DNA of 64,000 bases. Origin: the human T2T-CHM13v2.0 reference genome, Homo sapiens. Shown piece after piece: positions 49,770-64,000 of the stretch. The stretch is from assembly GCF_009914755.1 (NCBI RefSeq), contig NC_060938.1; one strand, written 5' to 3'. The notes below the pieces were generated by a model. That model was not told where the DNA came from. It worked only from the letters and a program-made list of their open reading frames with translations, and did not search any database. Within the stretch, counting starts at the first letter, position 1; every line of letters starts with the position of its first letter. Made by a program: the position numbers and the translations under genes.

Positions 49770-51049
49770 ACTGTAAATTGTTTCTAAAGACAAAGAGAAT
49801 CGTTAAATTTTAAGATAAATATAATTTGACAGGGAAATCAAGGTCACCCTAGACACAATTATATATGCTGAATCCAGAGAGGAACCTTGTTTCTGCCATC
49901 TTTAATTTTAAAAGAAAAGTCCTAACTCAATTTGGGGAAGAGAATTTGTTGTCACTTTTTCATAGCTTTCCCTATAATCAATTGCTGTCAAACCGAAGTA
50001 CAGCAAAACTTGAAAAATAAAGTACTTTGGTTTAGTAAAAGTGATTTTTTCTTATGAATCTATTTTCAAAGTCTGAGTGTGTTATAATTAGGATGTATTA
50101 AATTATTCACTAAAAACAACTGCTGCATCTCATCAGATTAGTACTAGTGACACATACAGCTATAAATGTATCTCTTCAATGAGGTAGGCAACAATAAGAA
50201 TATTTCATTTTCAATGTTAAATGAATGAATTATATGTTAATTAATTTATATTTATTTATATATTAAATTTCTACTTTAGGGACAATAATGTTGGTGTAGA
50301 AACAAATATAACATAATTTTTGTTATTGTTATACTCACAGAAGACTTTGGGAAGCAAAATAAAGTTTTACCTGGTTAAATAGCAATGCAAGAGGTAAATT
50401 GAAATTCAAAGCAACCCAAGGACTGAGAGAAGGAAGATCATAATAGTTGAATAAACATTACACAGTGTTATAAGAATCAGATATGGAGACATTTACGAGA
50501 ATTGAAATAGACTGAAAACATTTAACTCGGAGAATAAAGGATCTGAGCTGAGTCTTGAAGAAGACACAGCTTTGATGAGTATCAGATACAGCATTTGCAG
50601 GTAAAATGTAGTAGATAATGGGTTCTAATAATTATTTTTCCTAAAATAGTATATAGTCATTCAATGGCAGGCTCTATCCTCACTTTGTCTGGATAGAGGA
50701 TGTTAGGGTACATCAAAGACAATCACATTGCCCAAGCTTCAGCTGCTAGTTTATGCCAGAATCAGTTATGGCATCTAGGGTAAAACCTCTTCTCATGTCA
50801 TCATGGCCACCCTGGTATCTTGGGGATAACCTAGTGAAGGCAGAGATGAGTTTGAATTATAGAATATTGGATTTTATTCACCTAAATATTTACACTAATA
50901 TTTTGGAATAAGCAATGTGTCTCAAGTACAGCTCAAATAATGTGTTTCCCAAGGCTGTCTTCAGATGAAGCCCATTTACACACTGGAGCGCCTTTCACAA
51001 TCAACACTTCCTTCCTCTGCTTCCTATGCCTATAACCATATTAGTATAC

Positions 51050-51290
51050 CTTATGGTATAAGGGACAATAGGCTCTGGAGTCATTGTTTGGATTTTGATT
51101 TTGGCTCCTTTCTTCATTATTTTCTGTGTAATACTGAGGATCTTAATCTCTCTGTGTCTTTGTTTCTACCACGATATCTACATGAATGAGATCTACTTTA
51201 TAATACAGAATACATTAAACCATAAATGTATGTTGTTTATTATATCTCCTAGTACGTACTGAATGCTCGCTATCAGCCATTTATATTTTG
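51050..51290 (+). mobile_element. MIR, degraded
   Basis: aggctctggagtcattgtttggattttgattttggctcc...cttaatctctctgtgtctttgtttct. Confidence 0.55.
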
Positions 51291-52879
51291 GTCATTAATA
51301 AATGCATTAAGATAAAAGACAATGCTAAAGGTCACCAAACATCTAAGATGCCTGATTTATATTATTCCTACAAAAAAGAGCAATGGTTATCTTAGTTAAT
51401 AAAAATTTTACTTAACATATTATACTCTACGGAAAATATTGTTTATATTATTAATAATAATGGCTACCTTTTAGTGAATGGTTATCACATGCCAAGCACA
51501 ATACTAAGCATTTCAATTAAGATAATATACAAAAGAAATGGTTATCTCTGTTTGGTGATATTATGAATATTTTTTCTTGTATCACATCTGTATTTTAGAA
51601 TAAATATGTGTTACTCGGTTTAAAAAAAAAGGTTATAGAAAGATATTCTAACTATCCAGGAATACAAGACACTTCGGAGCTACAACTCATATTGCCTTCT
51701 TTGTGATGCGATACTGAATATCTGTTGTACTTCCAACCACAGATGGTATCATTCAGTGGTGTTTAAAAGGACTTCTCTTCATAAATTCTGTAAAGTACAT
51801 AAAGATTCTTTTCATAGGGAATGTAGTTGTGTGTTACTCTATGATGAGTATTAATGTACACATTTGTTTTGCTAGGAAACCGAACATTTTTCAAAGATGT
51901 GTGAATTTATAATTTATTATGTGGATGAAAGATGTTCGTACATTATAACTCTTTTTCCTTCTAAAATTTACTGAAGGAGAAAAAAAATTCCAACTCTTAA
52001 ATCATTTCTGAATACTAAAATGTAGAATTATGGCAATTCAAATGGTGTTTATTATATATGAAAAAAGAAAATGGAAATAATAAATTCACGGAAAGCTTAA
52101 ACTAAGTGATAAAATAATTTCTAACCTGGAAGTTTCCTGGTCTTGGTGTCAGTTAGAGGGATTGGAGGGGAAAAGGTACAGAAAGAAGATACAAGCTGAG
52201 AAAATGAAGACATTCTCATGATTAACAGGCCATTAGAAGTGAATTATAAAACATATCCTGGAGCCAGAATATCATTTTACTTACTGTTAAAAATGGAGAA
52301 TCTATATTTCAATTGAAAGAATGTTCACTATAAGCAAGACTTTCCTCTGTATCCTTAAATATGTGTCTGTGTAGTGAGAAACATTTTAAGTTTATAATAC
52401 TTTAAATTAGAAGGCAAGAAGTTTAAGTCAGTAACTTATTTATTTGACATCATAACTAGAGATGAAGATGAAAGATTAAAAATAACATATACCTATAAAT
52501 TGTAAGTTGTTCCTAAAATCATCAGTCTGTAAAAGTGTAAATTCATTATAAAGGTCGTCAATTTGTAGAAGTAGAAAAGTGAGTCAACTTAACTCTTAGG
52601 AAATATACATAGTGTAAAATATTATTGATACATTATTTATTTAGAAATTTAAATAATTACATGTATATGATATAAAATATATATAGACATTCATACTATG
52701 TACTTTTAGATAAAGAAAAATCAATATATGCATATGTGCATATATGTGTGTCTGCATATATGTATATACACACATATGTATGAAATTAATGTATACATTA
52801 TATACAATATGAGCATGTTCTAATTTTAAAAAGAGTTAAAATGTCTTGAATTCAGTTCTCAGGCATGCCCTGTAATTTT

Positions 52880-53095
52880 TTAATCAACTCACTTCACTTG
52901 ATTTTTTTAAAGTGCTTATCATCATCTGAAAGGCTTCTTTCCTTACAAGTAGGTTTACTGGCTTATTCTCTGTCTACTCTCAACTAAAATGTGAGCTTCC
53001 TGTGAATTTTTTTGAGTAACAAATAATCAGCTCCCAGGATAGGGCTAGGATCATAATAGAGACCTCTAGAAGTATTATTTGAATGAATAAATAAA
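52880..53095 (+). mobile_element. L2 3' end, degraded
   Basis: ctaaaatgtgagcttcctgtga...tattatttgaatgaataaataaa. Confidence 0.55.
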
Positions 53096-53209
53096 TCTAA
53101 CATTGAACATCAATGCATAAACTATAATTTGTGAGCCTACATTTTATTGTCTTTTTGTTTTAAATCCCTAAGGCACATTGAAGGAATCTTTAATAATCCA
53201 ATATTATAT

Positions 53210-53340
53210 TAGTGAAGGAAATATTACTTGATTGTGGTAATTATTTCACAATGTACACATATATCAAATCATCACACTCTGCACCTTGAATATATTCAAT
53301 TTTTACTTGTCAATGATACATAAATAAAGCTGACAAAATA
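53210..53340 (+). mobile_element. Old L1 (L1MB/MC) terminal fragment
   Basis: cttgattgtggtaattatttcacaatgtacacatatatcaaatcatcacactctgcaccttgaatatattcaatttttacttgtcaatgatacataaataaagctg. Confidence 0.7.
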
Positions 53341-53639
53341 AATTATTAATGAGAATATTGCACCACTTGAATGATTCCTCTCACCACCATGAGGGATGAG
53401 TAGGGACTGTACCCCTTTCATTTAAGCATAACGAAAGACAAATTTCAAAAAGATCCGGCCAAAAAAATTAATATGTGTCCTGGGGAACATGTGAAAAGTT
53501 GACCAAAAAAATCTAAGGGTGAGAGGCTGACTGTGGTAGTGGGAAGAAGCCTGCGATTTGAGGGATAACTGAACTCTTCCCCTTAAGTGTCCAAGTTTTG
53601 GCTATACTTGATGTCATGTGTTCAAGGAAGGCCATTCAG

Positions 53640-53925
53640 GGTGTGAACATTTACGGAGACTGAAGAGACAGAGGCTGGGGTTGTAGAAGCTGAGTGAGAA
53701 AGGTGATAGCATCCAGATTATATATCGACTTCCAAAGATTTTAGCTTTTATACTCGGAAAGTGGGGAGCAGTTAGAAGATTCTGAGCTGATGAGTGGCAT
53801 GATTTATGCTTGAAATGGGTCGCCCTAGCTTCTGTGTTGAGCATGGGAAGTAGGAGAGAGAGGTGGAGGGGAAGACTAGTGTAATAATTCCAGAGATATT
53901 TACGATATCTGGCCCAGGTGGTAAC
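53640..53925 (-). mobile_element. L2 fragment
   Basis: gattttagcttttatactcggaaagtggggagcagttagaagattctgagc...ggcatgatttatgcttg...ctagcttctgtgttgag. Confidence 0.6.
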
Positions 53926-54233
53926 CATTATCATGTTTCACCTGGAACATTACATGTAGTCCCTGCTCCCTTTAACTGTCCTTCTTACTCTCTTCTCCTC
54001 AATCAGTGATGTTGGATAGAAACTAAAAGTGAAAGAAAGAATGTGGAAGTCAAATGTAGAGTCTCAGTTCAGGCAGCCAGCTCAAAGCAAGACCACACTG
54101 AGGGCAGGAAAGAGCTTCAGTTTAAGAGACGTTTGGATTATTTTGATCATTACATTGGATTAAATTAATTAATAAATAAACTGAGACCGTTCTTGTGAAT
54201 ATAACTGACCTTAGATATATTTTTTAATTTCTT

Positions 54234-54540
54234 GGCCGGGCACAGTGGTTCATGTCTGTCTGTAATCCCAGCATTTTGGGAGGCCAAGGCAGGGTTGAGG
54301 GGCAAGGGAGATCACTTAAGGCCAGGAGTTCGAGACCAGTCTGGGCAACATGGTGAGATCTTGTCTCTAATAAAAATACAAACATTAGCCAGACATGGGG
54401 CAAGTGCCTGTAATCCCAGCTACTCGGGAGGCTGAGGCAGGAGACTTGCTTGCACCTAGGAGGCACTGTTGCAGTGAGCTGAGATAGCGCCATTGCACTC
54501 CAGCCTGGGTAACAGAGCAAGACTCTGTCTAAAAAAAAAA
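54234..54540 (+). mobile_element. AluJ-like element with small insertions, followed by (TA)n to ~54625
   Basis: ggccgggcacagtgg...gatcacttaaggccaggagttcgagaccagtctgggcaacatgg, A tail merging into a TA microsatellite. Confidence 0.9.
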
Positions 54541-55419
54541 ATATATATATATATATATATATGTAATTATATATATATAAATATATATATATGTAATTAT
54601 ATATGTATAAATATATATATATATTTAGTTTCTCAAGAGAGGACATAAGCTATGAGATTCAACTGATACTTTATCTGAGGGCAAGAGAAAACCAGTTTCA
54701 AGAGAGCTTGAATGGTAGCCAGAATTAAGAAAAAAAAAGTTTTTTGCTTTTTATTTTTTTCATTACATCCAATAAGTTCTGCTCTTTTAACAGATTGGCT
54801 AAATGGGAGTTGTATTTATGTCTGTGGTGCTGTTTTTCCTTGGAAATGTTACAAACTCTTGATACTGGGATATTAAAGGTACTAGGAAGCCCTGCAGCCC
54901 TGCAGTAATAAAACCTTATTTTATATTTCCTAAAATCTGAACATGAGTCCTTTTGAAAGTATTACATAAATGAAGTGAAAAAAGTATACTCTTGAAACTC
55001 ATGATGTACATGAGATTGTCTTCTAGCTTTGTCAGTTCCTAGCAGATCATTTCATATTTAGACCTTCTCTTACCTGTAAATGGCAAGTAATATTTCTATT
55101 ACAGGTATTTCTGAGAAGAAGAATGCAAATTATAATGTAGAAAAACTGCATGGTGATTAATAAAACCTTATTAATCTAATGTCTAACATCAATGAAAAAA
55201 TTACCTTTTCTTTCTATTTTTGTTAGACTTTGAGTGTAACTGCTTGAAGTAATTACATCTCTCATTTCATGGAAAATTATCAACATTGATCTATACAAGA
55301 CCCATCTCTTGTTGACTGAATGTTTTATTCATTTTTAAATTCATTCCCTACTCTCAGACAACATTTACTTTTCAGAAGTATTTTCTATGCATCATTTTGT
55401 TGATATATGCTTTTATAAC

Positions 55420-56640
55420 ATGTCTATTGTTGTTTGTGGTGCATATTATTTTAATTTATAAATATGGTATTGTATTGTAGATTTTATCTCTTTCTCATTG
55501 TTATTATTATTTTTCATCTCCCCATTGTTTCCTTCTTTAGCTCTGTCTACGTCTATATGACCACTATCTACTCTTGCTGCATTATCCTCAATGATGTGCA
55601 CCCACCACGTTTTTCAAATACATTTCCCCAGTCATAGACAACCACACTACTTACAACATCTCATTCTCCAAAATAAAACTGTGATTAATATCTACACTCA
55701 TGTCTCCCGAGGGGCCTATATGAGAATTTCTTTGGGATGTAAACCCAGGTGTAAGCAAATATTTCAATTTACTCAAAATTGTGCCGTAAATTGTCCAAAA
55801 TGTTGCACCAGACTTGAATCCCACCAGTAATACAGAGTGTTCCTGTATTTCAACATCTGCTTATATTCCAACACCAACTTGACTTATCCAGCTGTTTAAA
55901 ATGTGGGAGCTTAAGAAGCATAAAGCAATATCTGCTTGTTTTAATTTACAGTTTTCCATTTCTAATGTGGTTTAGAGTCTGTTGTTGTTTTGATGCTTTC
56001 AGCTTTGTCAAATGCTTTAATGTAACCTTTATTCATTTTTCATTTGTTTTCATCTTTCTTCTGATTATTGTTGATAATGATGATTTGCAGGAGCTCTTTG
56101 CATATTCTTAGTCAGTCCTTGATATTTTTTGATATTGCAAATATTTCTCTCAATTGGGCGGAGGGAAAATGTATGGCATAGTGGTAAAGGATATGGATTC
56201 TTCATTTACTTTCCAAGTAAGCTTAGACAAGTTACTTAACTAGATTTTTGTTGGTTTTCTTTTTGAGTCATCAGCAAAATGAGCATAAGTACTCTCTGGC
56301 ACACAGTAAACACTATATAGGTATTAGCTCTTATCATCTCTTGTTTGATTTTATTCATGGTGTTTTTGTTTAAGATAAATTCTTCATGTTGAATTGTAAT
56401 TGAATTTTTTATAGTTCGGTGTTTGTGGATTTTGTTTAGAAAGTCTTACTTCACTCCTATATCACAAGGTGTTACACTATCTTTTCTTCTGTTAAATTTG
56501 TTGTCTGACTTTTCACTTGTGGACCTTTAATCTATTGAATATATTGTAATTTTAACATTGAATGTGGTATTAGATAAGGATCCAGTTTTCTTTTTTCTCC
56601 AGCTTGAGCCATTTGTGACAATCTCAACTACAAAGCCCCA
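55420..56640 (-). mobile_element. Degraded ancient L1 (L1ME-type) with embedded MIR-like piece
   Basis: gagaatttctttgggatgtaaaccc; cttgaatcccaccagtaatacagagtgttcctgtatttc; gatattgcaaatatttctc; ggatccagttttc. Confidence 0.55.
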
Positions 56641-57753
56641 TTCATTCGTGTGGCCACCTAACCATTTATATTTTTAAAATGTGACACAAACAAACTGTAA
56701 ACTAAGAGTGTAACAATAGCTTTGATATTAGTGTTGAAATGGAGAATACAACTTGGAATAAGTGGGAAGGAGCACCTGAGTTTATGGTCTAATCTGCCCC
56801 CAGAGAAATCAAGGATTTTGTGAGCTATAATTTCTGATTCTATGATATTTCTATGATATAAGTAATCATTTGACTCTAATAAAATAATTTTGTCACCTTT
56901 CAAAAGGAATCTTGATTACATGCTAAATGACTGCATCCATATGGTTTTGGAATTGCTATTTAAAAGACAAAGCTTTCCTTTTTAAGCTCTCTCTGTGTTC
57001 CTTTCCCTCCTCACCCCAATATAAACTGATTTAGTTAAGAGTGGACGTGAATGGATTCTATTTCTTCAAGGAAATAAAAAAAACTCATTCACAATTACTG
57101 TAATTATTACGTATGGAACGGAGAAAGAAGAGAAAAGGAATGTAAGATGGTGATAGGTTAAAAGGATCACGGGCGTTGAAGGTAGATGTCTTTGGGATGT
57201 AAGTAAGTCTTGGCTAAATAATTTTTAATATACATGTCTACTCCCATACTCAGTTTTCTCATCCCTACTGCATACATTTGTGGTGTTATTTTAATAAAAG
57301 AATGAACCTCTTAAGTTTCTAGCCAAATGTTTGGTAATATAATAGTCAATACATGTTAATCTTCCTTCTTTTGCTTTCTTAAATATAAAATTAGTCAATT
57401 TACAACTATAAATGCAATTTTCTTTATAAAGATAATGTTTTAACTGGCTTACATTTTATGTTTTTCAGACTTGCATCATTTATATTTTTAATTCATCGAG
57501 GATGAGAAAATTGATTAACACAAAATCTTTTCATGTCTTTTCTGATGAGAGACTAGCTGAATCCAAGAAGAGAAGCCCTTGAAGAGTGTATTCTATTCTA
57601 GACAAGCATTCACACATTGGCTTCTTTGGTGCCAGGTAATTAGAATTTGTAATTTGGTCTTAATTAAACTGCAGACTACCCAAAGGCCTTGATCAGTGGC
57701 CTTTTGACTGCCTCCACCGTTTGGAGGAAACAAACAAAACACAAATTAGCCTT

Positions 57754-57908
57754 TAAAAATATGCCCATTAATTTCTCCTCATCTCCCCAAACATATACAA
57801 CCCCACCAGATATATATTTATATTGGGTATAAAAATATGCCCATTGATTTCTCCTCATCTCCCCAAACATATACAACCCCACCAGATATATATTTATATT
57901 GGGTATAA
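57754..57908 (+). repeat. 76-bp tandem duplication (2 copies, 1 mismatch)
   Basis: taaaaatatgcccatt(a/g)atttctcctcatctccccaaac...tattgggta at 57754 and 57830, with TAA microhomology at the junctions. Confidence 0.95.
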
Positions 57909-59036
57909 TGTCAACATATATCAAATGTGCCAATTAAACACAGAGCTCCTCTAAACTACCAAGCATGTTATTATTATTATTTTAATTTTTAAAACATTTC
58001 TAACTTAACAGAAACATTGGCCGGGCAGCACTAATTGTATCATTCCTATGTACTACCAACTTCTCACCAGTATTGAACTTGATCTTCAAAACTCTTCCCA
58101 GATAGGGCTATTTTTCCACTGACTCTATTGTTATTCCTTCCCATTTTCCCTCCTCTGTTTTTGATGCTTTTTATTTTGGTTAGCATGTTTCTGATCAGCA
58201 TGAAAACTGCGCAGGAGCTTTTCTGTCTTGCAGAGCTAGTTAATGAGATTGTTGCTGCCTTCAGATTCTATAAAGGACTTCTCCAATATTGGGTGAGATT
58301 AAAGTCAAAATCAAGAGAATTTATATTTCAGTTGAATCTATGTAAGTCTGTTAAAAAAGTAATGGGCTCAGGGTCAAACATCAGTAATTGACCCTCACTC
58401 TACAGATTATTAATTGTATGACTGTATTTCTCAGTATCCTCATCTATAAAACCAGGTTAGCAAAAACTGCCTTCCTACTTCAAAAGGCACAAATAAAAAC
58501 TAAACTAAAAGCCATACAAAACAAAGTGGATAGCTCATTTGCTTTACTTGGAATGACAATTCAACATAGTATTTTAAATTCCTGTCTTTTAAAACAGTGA
58601 TTTCACACATATTGGCTCATTAAATTCTTCGTATTATCAAGAGTTGCTTAATACATTTGAGAACACAAAACAATGGCCTTTTCTGTGCCTTTTTTAGGTG
58701 GTAATTATTCTTTAGTAAAGTCGGGTTGTTTTAATTGAAAATGAATTTAGGTTTTTAATCAGGATTAGCACAAGTCGATGTGTTCTCAGTTGTTGAAAGT
58801 TAAACTAGTATTGCTATATTTCAATGATTGCTAGAATAAAGAAATAAAAAATAGACATGTTGAGTAAAGCTTTATGAGTTATATAAATGCATAATTATAT
58901 TTGCATAGGTAAACAATACATTTTTTTTCTATTTTTGCTAAGTAATAAGTTAGTTAATATATTATGTAAGAATGAAAATGATTCAAATATTTGCCTGTTT
59001 CTAATCTTAGATTAAAGAATGAAGAAAGGATCAAAT

Positions 59037-59371
59037 TGAGACATCCAGGGGGGAAGAGTTCCCTGGCAAAACTCCAATCTGCCTGAGCACTGAGGTGGAG
59101 CCACAGAAGTCCGGGTCATTTGCACCTGGGAGGAGCCTGGCCCCTCCTCTTCCTGTGTGGAATCTGGGATTTAATCTGTGAGGAGGGAAGGCCAAGGGCA
59201 GGAAGCACAGGCTCTCACTTCACTAAGAGTCTCTGTTTCCCCTTTTTTTCCTTTATGCCTAATTAATAAATCCCATTTTTCTCACTCTTCAAATAGTCTT
59301 CAAGCCTAAATTTTCATGACCATGGAACAAGGACCCCATCTTTAGCTGAACTAAGGAAAAGTCCTGCAACA
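59037..59371 (+). mobile_element. ERV1 solo LTR (LTR27/LTR28/MER52-like, short)
   Basis: TG...CA termini, 4-bp TSD aaat (59033-59036 / 59372-59375), AATAAA, and 3' end gaccccatctttagctgaactaaggaaaagtcctgcaaca. Confidence 0.85.
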
Positions 59372-59622
59372 AAATTCTTTGCTAAAAATACATGAGGTTG
59401 CCTTTTCCTTCTTAATCTTAAAAGAAATATATTTCAATGGTTAACGTTTTAGTAATTCAAAAATTATCAAGCATTTGTTCACAACCATAAGATGTGCATT
59501 GTTTTATATTCCTACTTAATAATAGACTATAATTGTCTAATTAGACTGCCGATGTTGATCTTTGTGGCTCATTGCATTGATTATAAGCAGTGTTTTGGGT
59601 TTGTGTGTGTGTGTCAAATTTA

Positions 59623-60002
<380 letters not shown>

Positions 60003-61667
60003 TTATCATTGTTAACTGCAGAAATTTATTATATGAGACATATTATATGAGACATATAAGTGAATTTGGATTGGGTTTAATTTTATATTTTTGAATATAG
60101 TTCTTCAAGATAAATTTTATCTTAGACCTCAAGAAATAAAAATAAAATAAATTAGATATACAAACGAACACAAATGTATGCAGTCCTAGCCTAATTTAAG
60201 ACATTAACTTGGATAAGTCAAAGGTATATGTTGCAATTCCTGGAGTAACCACTAAAAATAATACAATACTATTTATTATATCTAGAAATCTAATAGAGTA
60301 ATTAAAAAGTTTTATTAATCCCCAAAAAGGCAGAAAAGTTAGGACATACACATATACACACACACACACAGACAGATACAAAAACAATAGCAGTTAGAGA
60401 CCTAAATAAAACAATCATCATAATTATACCAGGAAAAGACTGCTAAACAGAATTTTAAAAGGATCGATTTTATCCTGTCTATAAGAGATGCATGTTAGAA
60501 ACAAAAATACAAGAAGATTGAAGCAAAAAGATGAAAAAAGATGATATACTAAGCAAACAACAGTAAGTTAAAGAAAGTTGGATGACAATACCAACATTGG
60601 AAAAACATCAACTTCAAGATGAAGAGGAATATGAAAGAAGGACATTGGATAATGATAAAAGGATGGATATATTTTCAAAGTATAATAGGTATAAATATAT
60701 GAGCCCAATAAAAGATTATCAAATGTAATGAAGCAAAAACTGTCAGAATTAAAGAGAGATGTATAGAAATTCACAATTATAGTTGTTGACTTTAACTTCT
60801 CTCATTCAATAATGAATACATTACTAGACAAAGAACCAATAAAGATATGAAAGATGAAAATGACACTACCAACTCCTTAACCTAGTTTTTATTTATAGAA
60901 CGTGGCACCCAACAACTACGGAATGAATATTTTTTCCAATCTCATGTAGAAAGTGCATCAAGATAGACCATATTATGGGCTATAAACAAATCTCAATAAA
61001 TTTCAAAAACAAAATAAAATAAGTTTTCTGACCACAATAAAGTTATAATAGGAAACATAACCTTAAAAATGTTTTGAAAAGAACCAAACATTTAGACATT
61101 AATTAACTCATTTCTGAAGAACTTATGAGCAATTAGCAAGTATTTTTTAACCAAATAATAATAAAAGCGCAACACATCAAAATTAGTGGAACACAGTTAA
61201 AGCAGTGCTTTATTTCAGAACTTGTGACTCGATAAATTCTTTCTTATATTAGAAAGAATAATAACCTAAAGTCAAAGATACAAACTTTCATCTTTGGGAA
61301 GTACAAAAAAATATCAAATTAAACTCACTCAAGGAAAAAAATAGGTAATGAACAAAAAAAATAGAAATGACTCATGCTATAGAAAAGTCAATAAAAAAGG
61401 TAATTCTTTGAAAAATTTAAAAAGTATATATATATATAAAAGTCTAGCTAGATAGTTCAAGATTTAAAAAAAAGGAGAATACAAGTTACCAATATTGGGA
61501 ATGAAGACAGGGATACCATTTCATACTCTGTAGGGATTAAAAATTAAATACTATAAATAAATTTATGCCAATTATTTTTTCAACTTAAATGAAATGAACA
61601 ATGACTGAGAAAACACAATTAATTACCAAAATACATATAATAATGAATAGAAAATTTAAATAATTCT

Positions 61668-62168
61668 TGTATTAGTTTCCTGTTGCTGGTATAACAAATT
61701 ACCACAAACCTAGTGACTTGAAACTACACAAAAATTTGTCTTATGTTCTGTAGGTCAATATCTAAAATGAGTCTCACTGGACTAAAATCAAGGTGTCATC
61801 CCGACTGCCTTTTTTCTAGAGACACTAGGGAAAAAACTGTTCTGCCTTTTCCATTTTCTAGAGAGCATCTGAATTAGTCGGCTCATGGTCCCTTTGTCTA
61901 TCTTCAAAGCCAGCAATGACCAATTAAGCCTTTCTTGAATTGCATCACTCTGATACTGGCTTTTCTATCTTCTTATTCTACATTTAAGGACACATGTGAT
62001 TACCTTGAGCCTTTCCAGATAATCCAAGATGAACTCCTTATCTTAAAATCAGCTGGTTAATATTTAAATTGCTCTCATAATTCTACTTTGTTATAAAAAG
62101 TAGCAATTCACAAGTTGTGGAAATGAGGATGTAGACATTTGTGTGAGGCCACTATTCTGTTTACCATA
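61668..62168 (-). mobile_element. MLT1 (C/D-like) solo LTR nested in old L1
   Basis: tgtattagtttcctgttgctggtataacaaattaccacaaacctagtgacttg...gaggccactattctgtttacca. Confidence 0.85.
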
Positions 62169-63139
62169 GCTCACTCTATATATTAAATCAATTAAATTAA
62201 AACCTCAGAACTTTGGCCTAGACAACTCTAAGCCCAAATGCTTTCATACTCAAAATCTATTCAACATTTATGGGAGAAATAATATAAATTTTCCAACAAA
62301 TTATTCAGAATAAAAATATATTTACCAACCCCTGTTTGTAAAGTTCATGTTCTTGTACAGTAACACTAGATCAGGACATTACAAGGAAAGAGTAGTATAC
62401 ACCAATAATGTCATAAGCATAGATATATAAATCCTAAACAAAATATGAGCAAATCAAATGCAATACTATATGAAAGGAATTACACATCATAACCAAATGG
62501 AATTTATATCAGGAATGCAAGTTAGTTTAGTATTTGATGTATTTTAGTATTTAATCAATGCATGTCACAAAATTAATGAAGAAAAACAGAAGAAAAAACA
62601 TATGAGCCTATCTATAAATGTATAAAATGTATTTGACCATACTCATTCATAATAAAAGCCTACTAAAATAGAAGAGAACTTTCTCAACTTTATAAGAGAT
62701 ATCTGTAAATCTACAGGAAATGTACTTAAAAGTAAAAGAAGATTTTCCTCTTAAGATTGGGACAAGGCAAGGATTCCCCCTCTTTTCTCTTTTAATTCAA
62801 CATTATTTGGAAGTCCCAGTAATTGTTATAAGAAAAAAGACAGAATGAATGAAGTAAACCTCTTTATTCATAGATGACAGGAATGAAAATACTTAGGGAT
62901 ACATTCAAAAATATTTGTGCAACAACTGTACCCTGACAACTCTGTCAGTATAAACTCTGTTGATAGATATTAAAGAAGACTTAAATAAATATAGCAATAC
63001 ACTGCATTCATGAATTGGAAAGCTCAGTATTGTTAAGATGTTAATTTTCCCCAAATTGAACCATAGATTCAATGTAATCCCAGTTACTTTTTTTCTTTTT
63101 GGTAAACAATGACAAGCTGATTTTAAAATTGAATTAAAA

Positions 63140-63625
63140 CACATGTGTACACAAAAATTTACACAGAAATGTTCATAGCAGCATTATTCATAATAGCTAA
63201 AATGTGGAAACAATCCGAATGTCTATGAACCGATAAATGGATAAGCAAAATGTGGTATATTCATAAACTGGAATATCATTTATCCATAAAAAACTACTAG
63301 TACATGCTACCACATGAATGTACCTTGAAAACATTATACTGAAATGTTTGCAGTGAAAGAAACAAGTCACAAAAGACCACATATTAAATGATTCCATTTA
63401 TGTGACATGTTCAGAATAAGCCAGTCTACAGAGATGGAAAGTACCTTGGTGCTTGCCTAAAGCTGGGAGAATAGGAAAGTTGGGGATGATAGCTAATGAA
63501 TATGGGGTTTCTTTTTGAGGTCATGAAGATGTCCTACAGTTGACTGTGGTGATAGCTGTACACTTCAAATGGGTGAATTATATAGTATGTTAATTATATC
63601 TTAAGAGATCTGTTACCCCCAAAAA
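63140..63625 (+). mobile_element. L1MB-like 3' end nested in the older L1
   Basis: aatgttcatagcagcattattcataatagctaaaatgtggaaacaa...aaatgggtgaattatatagtatgttaattatatct. Older ORF2 sequence resumes at ~63670. Confidence 0.75.
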
Positions 63626-64000
63626 AGAAATCACAATAAAAAAAATTATACAGCAATGTAAATGGTATAGGACACCCAATGCAATTTTTTAAAAGGAGAG
63701 CGAAGTGAAGGATATATACTACCTTATATCAAGATTTAATATAAAACTATAAGATCACAATAGTCATGGTGCATTCTTGGCATAAGAATAGACATATAGA
63801 TTAATGGAACAGAATAGTGAATCCAGAAATACACTCACAACATATGGTCACTTGATTTAAACAACATTCAAAGGCAGTTCAATGAAAAAAAACAAATGTC
63901 TTTCTAACAAAAGATAATGGAACAACTGTGTGTTTGTATGGGCAAAAATGAACTTCCACTATTACTTTACAATAATTAACCAATTTATAAACCTAAATAT

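Larger units (their letters stand above)
60190..64000 (+). mobile_element. Degraded ancient L1 (L1M) ORF2 region running off the window, with nested MLT1 and a nested L1MB-like 3' end
   Basis: aagatagaccatattatgggctataaacaaatctcaataaattt; atcaggaatgcaagttagttta; ggaaagctcagtattgttaagatg; gaatagacatatagattaatggaacagaatag. Confidence 0.8.

Overview
Human, AT-rich, apparently gene-free DNA dominated by transposable elements; a diagnostic AluYb8 at 23189-23501 indicates Homo sapiens. I see no supportable protein-coding exon, RNA gene or CRISPR-type feature, and nearly all ORFs in the track derive from LINE-1, Alu, LTR or simple repeats. The main structure is three full-length (~6 kb) L1PA2/L1PA3 elements, all on the minus strand (3997-10041, 25436-31570, 34972-41022). 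Each has its own target-site duplication (TSD), so they are independent insertions. Yet they share a three-way patchwork of non-consensus substitutions and even inactivating frameshifts, which points to repeated non-allelic gene conversion among neighbouring L1s. L1 #2 also carries a chimeric in-frame 78-bp ORF1 duplication. Other notable structure: a triplicated 162/105-bp cassette forming near-perfect inverted repeats around ~1.07 kb (31699-33095), a fold-back palindrome inside an old L1 (44459-44662), a perfect 21-bp hairpin (13033-13080), a cryptic ERV-L pol fossil (~17640-21800), and a two-LTR MSTA provirus (44904-46913). Subfamily calls are made from recalled consensus diagnostics and need RepeatMasker/Dfam confirmation.
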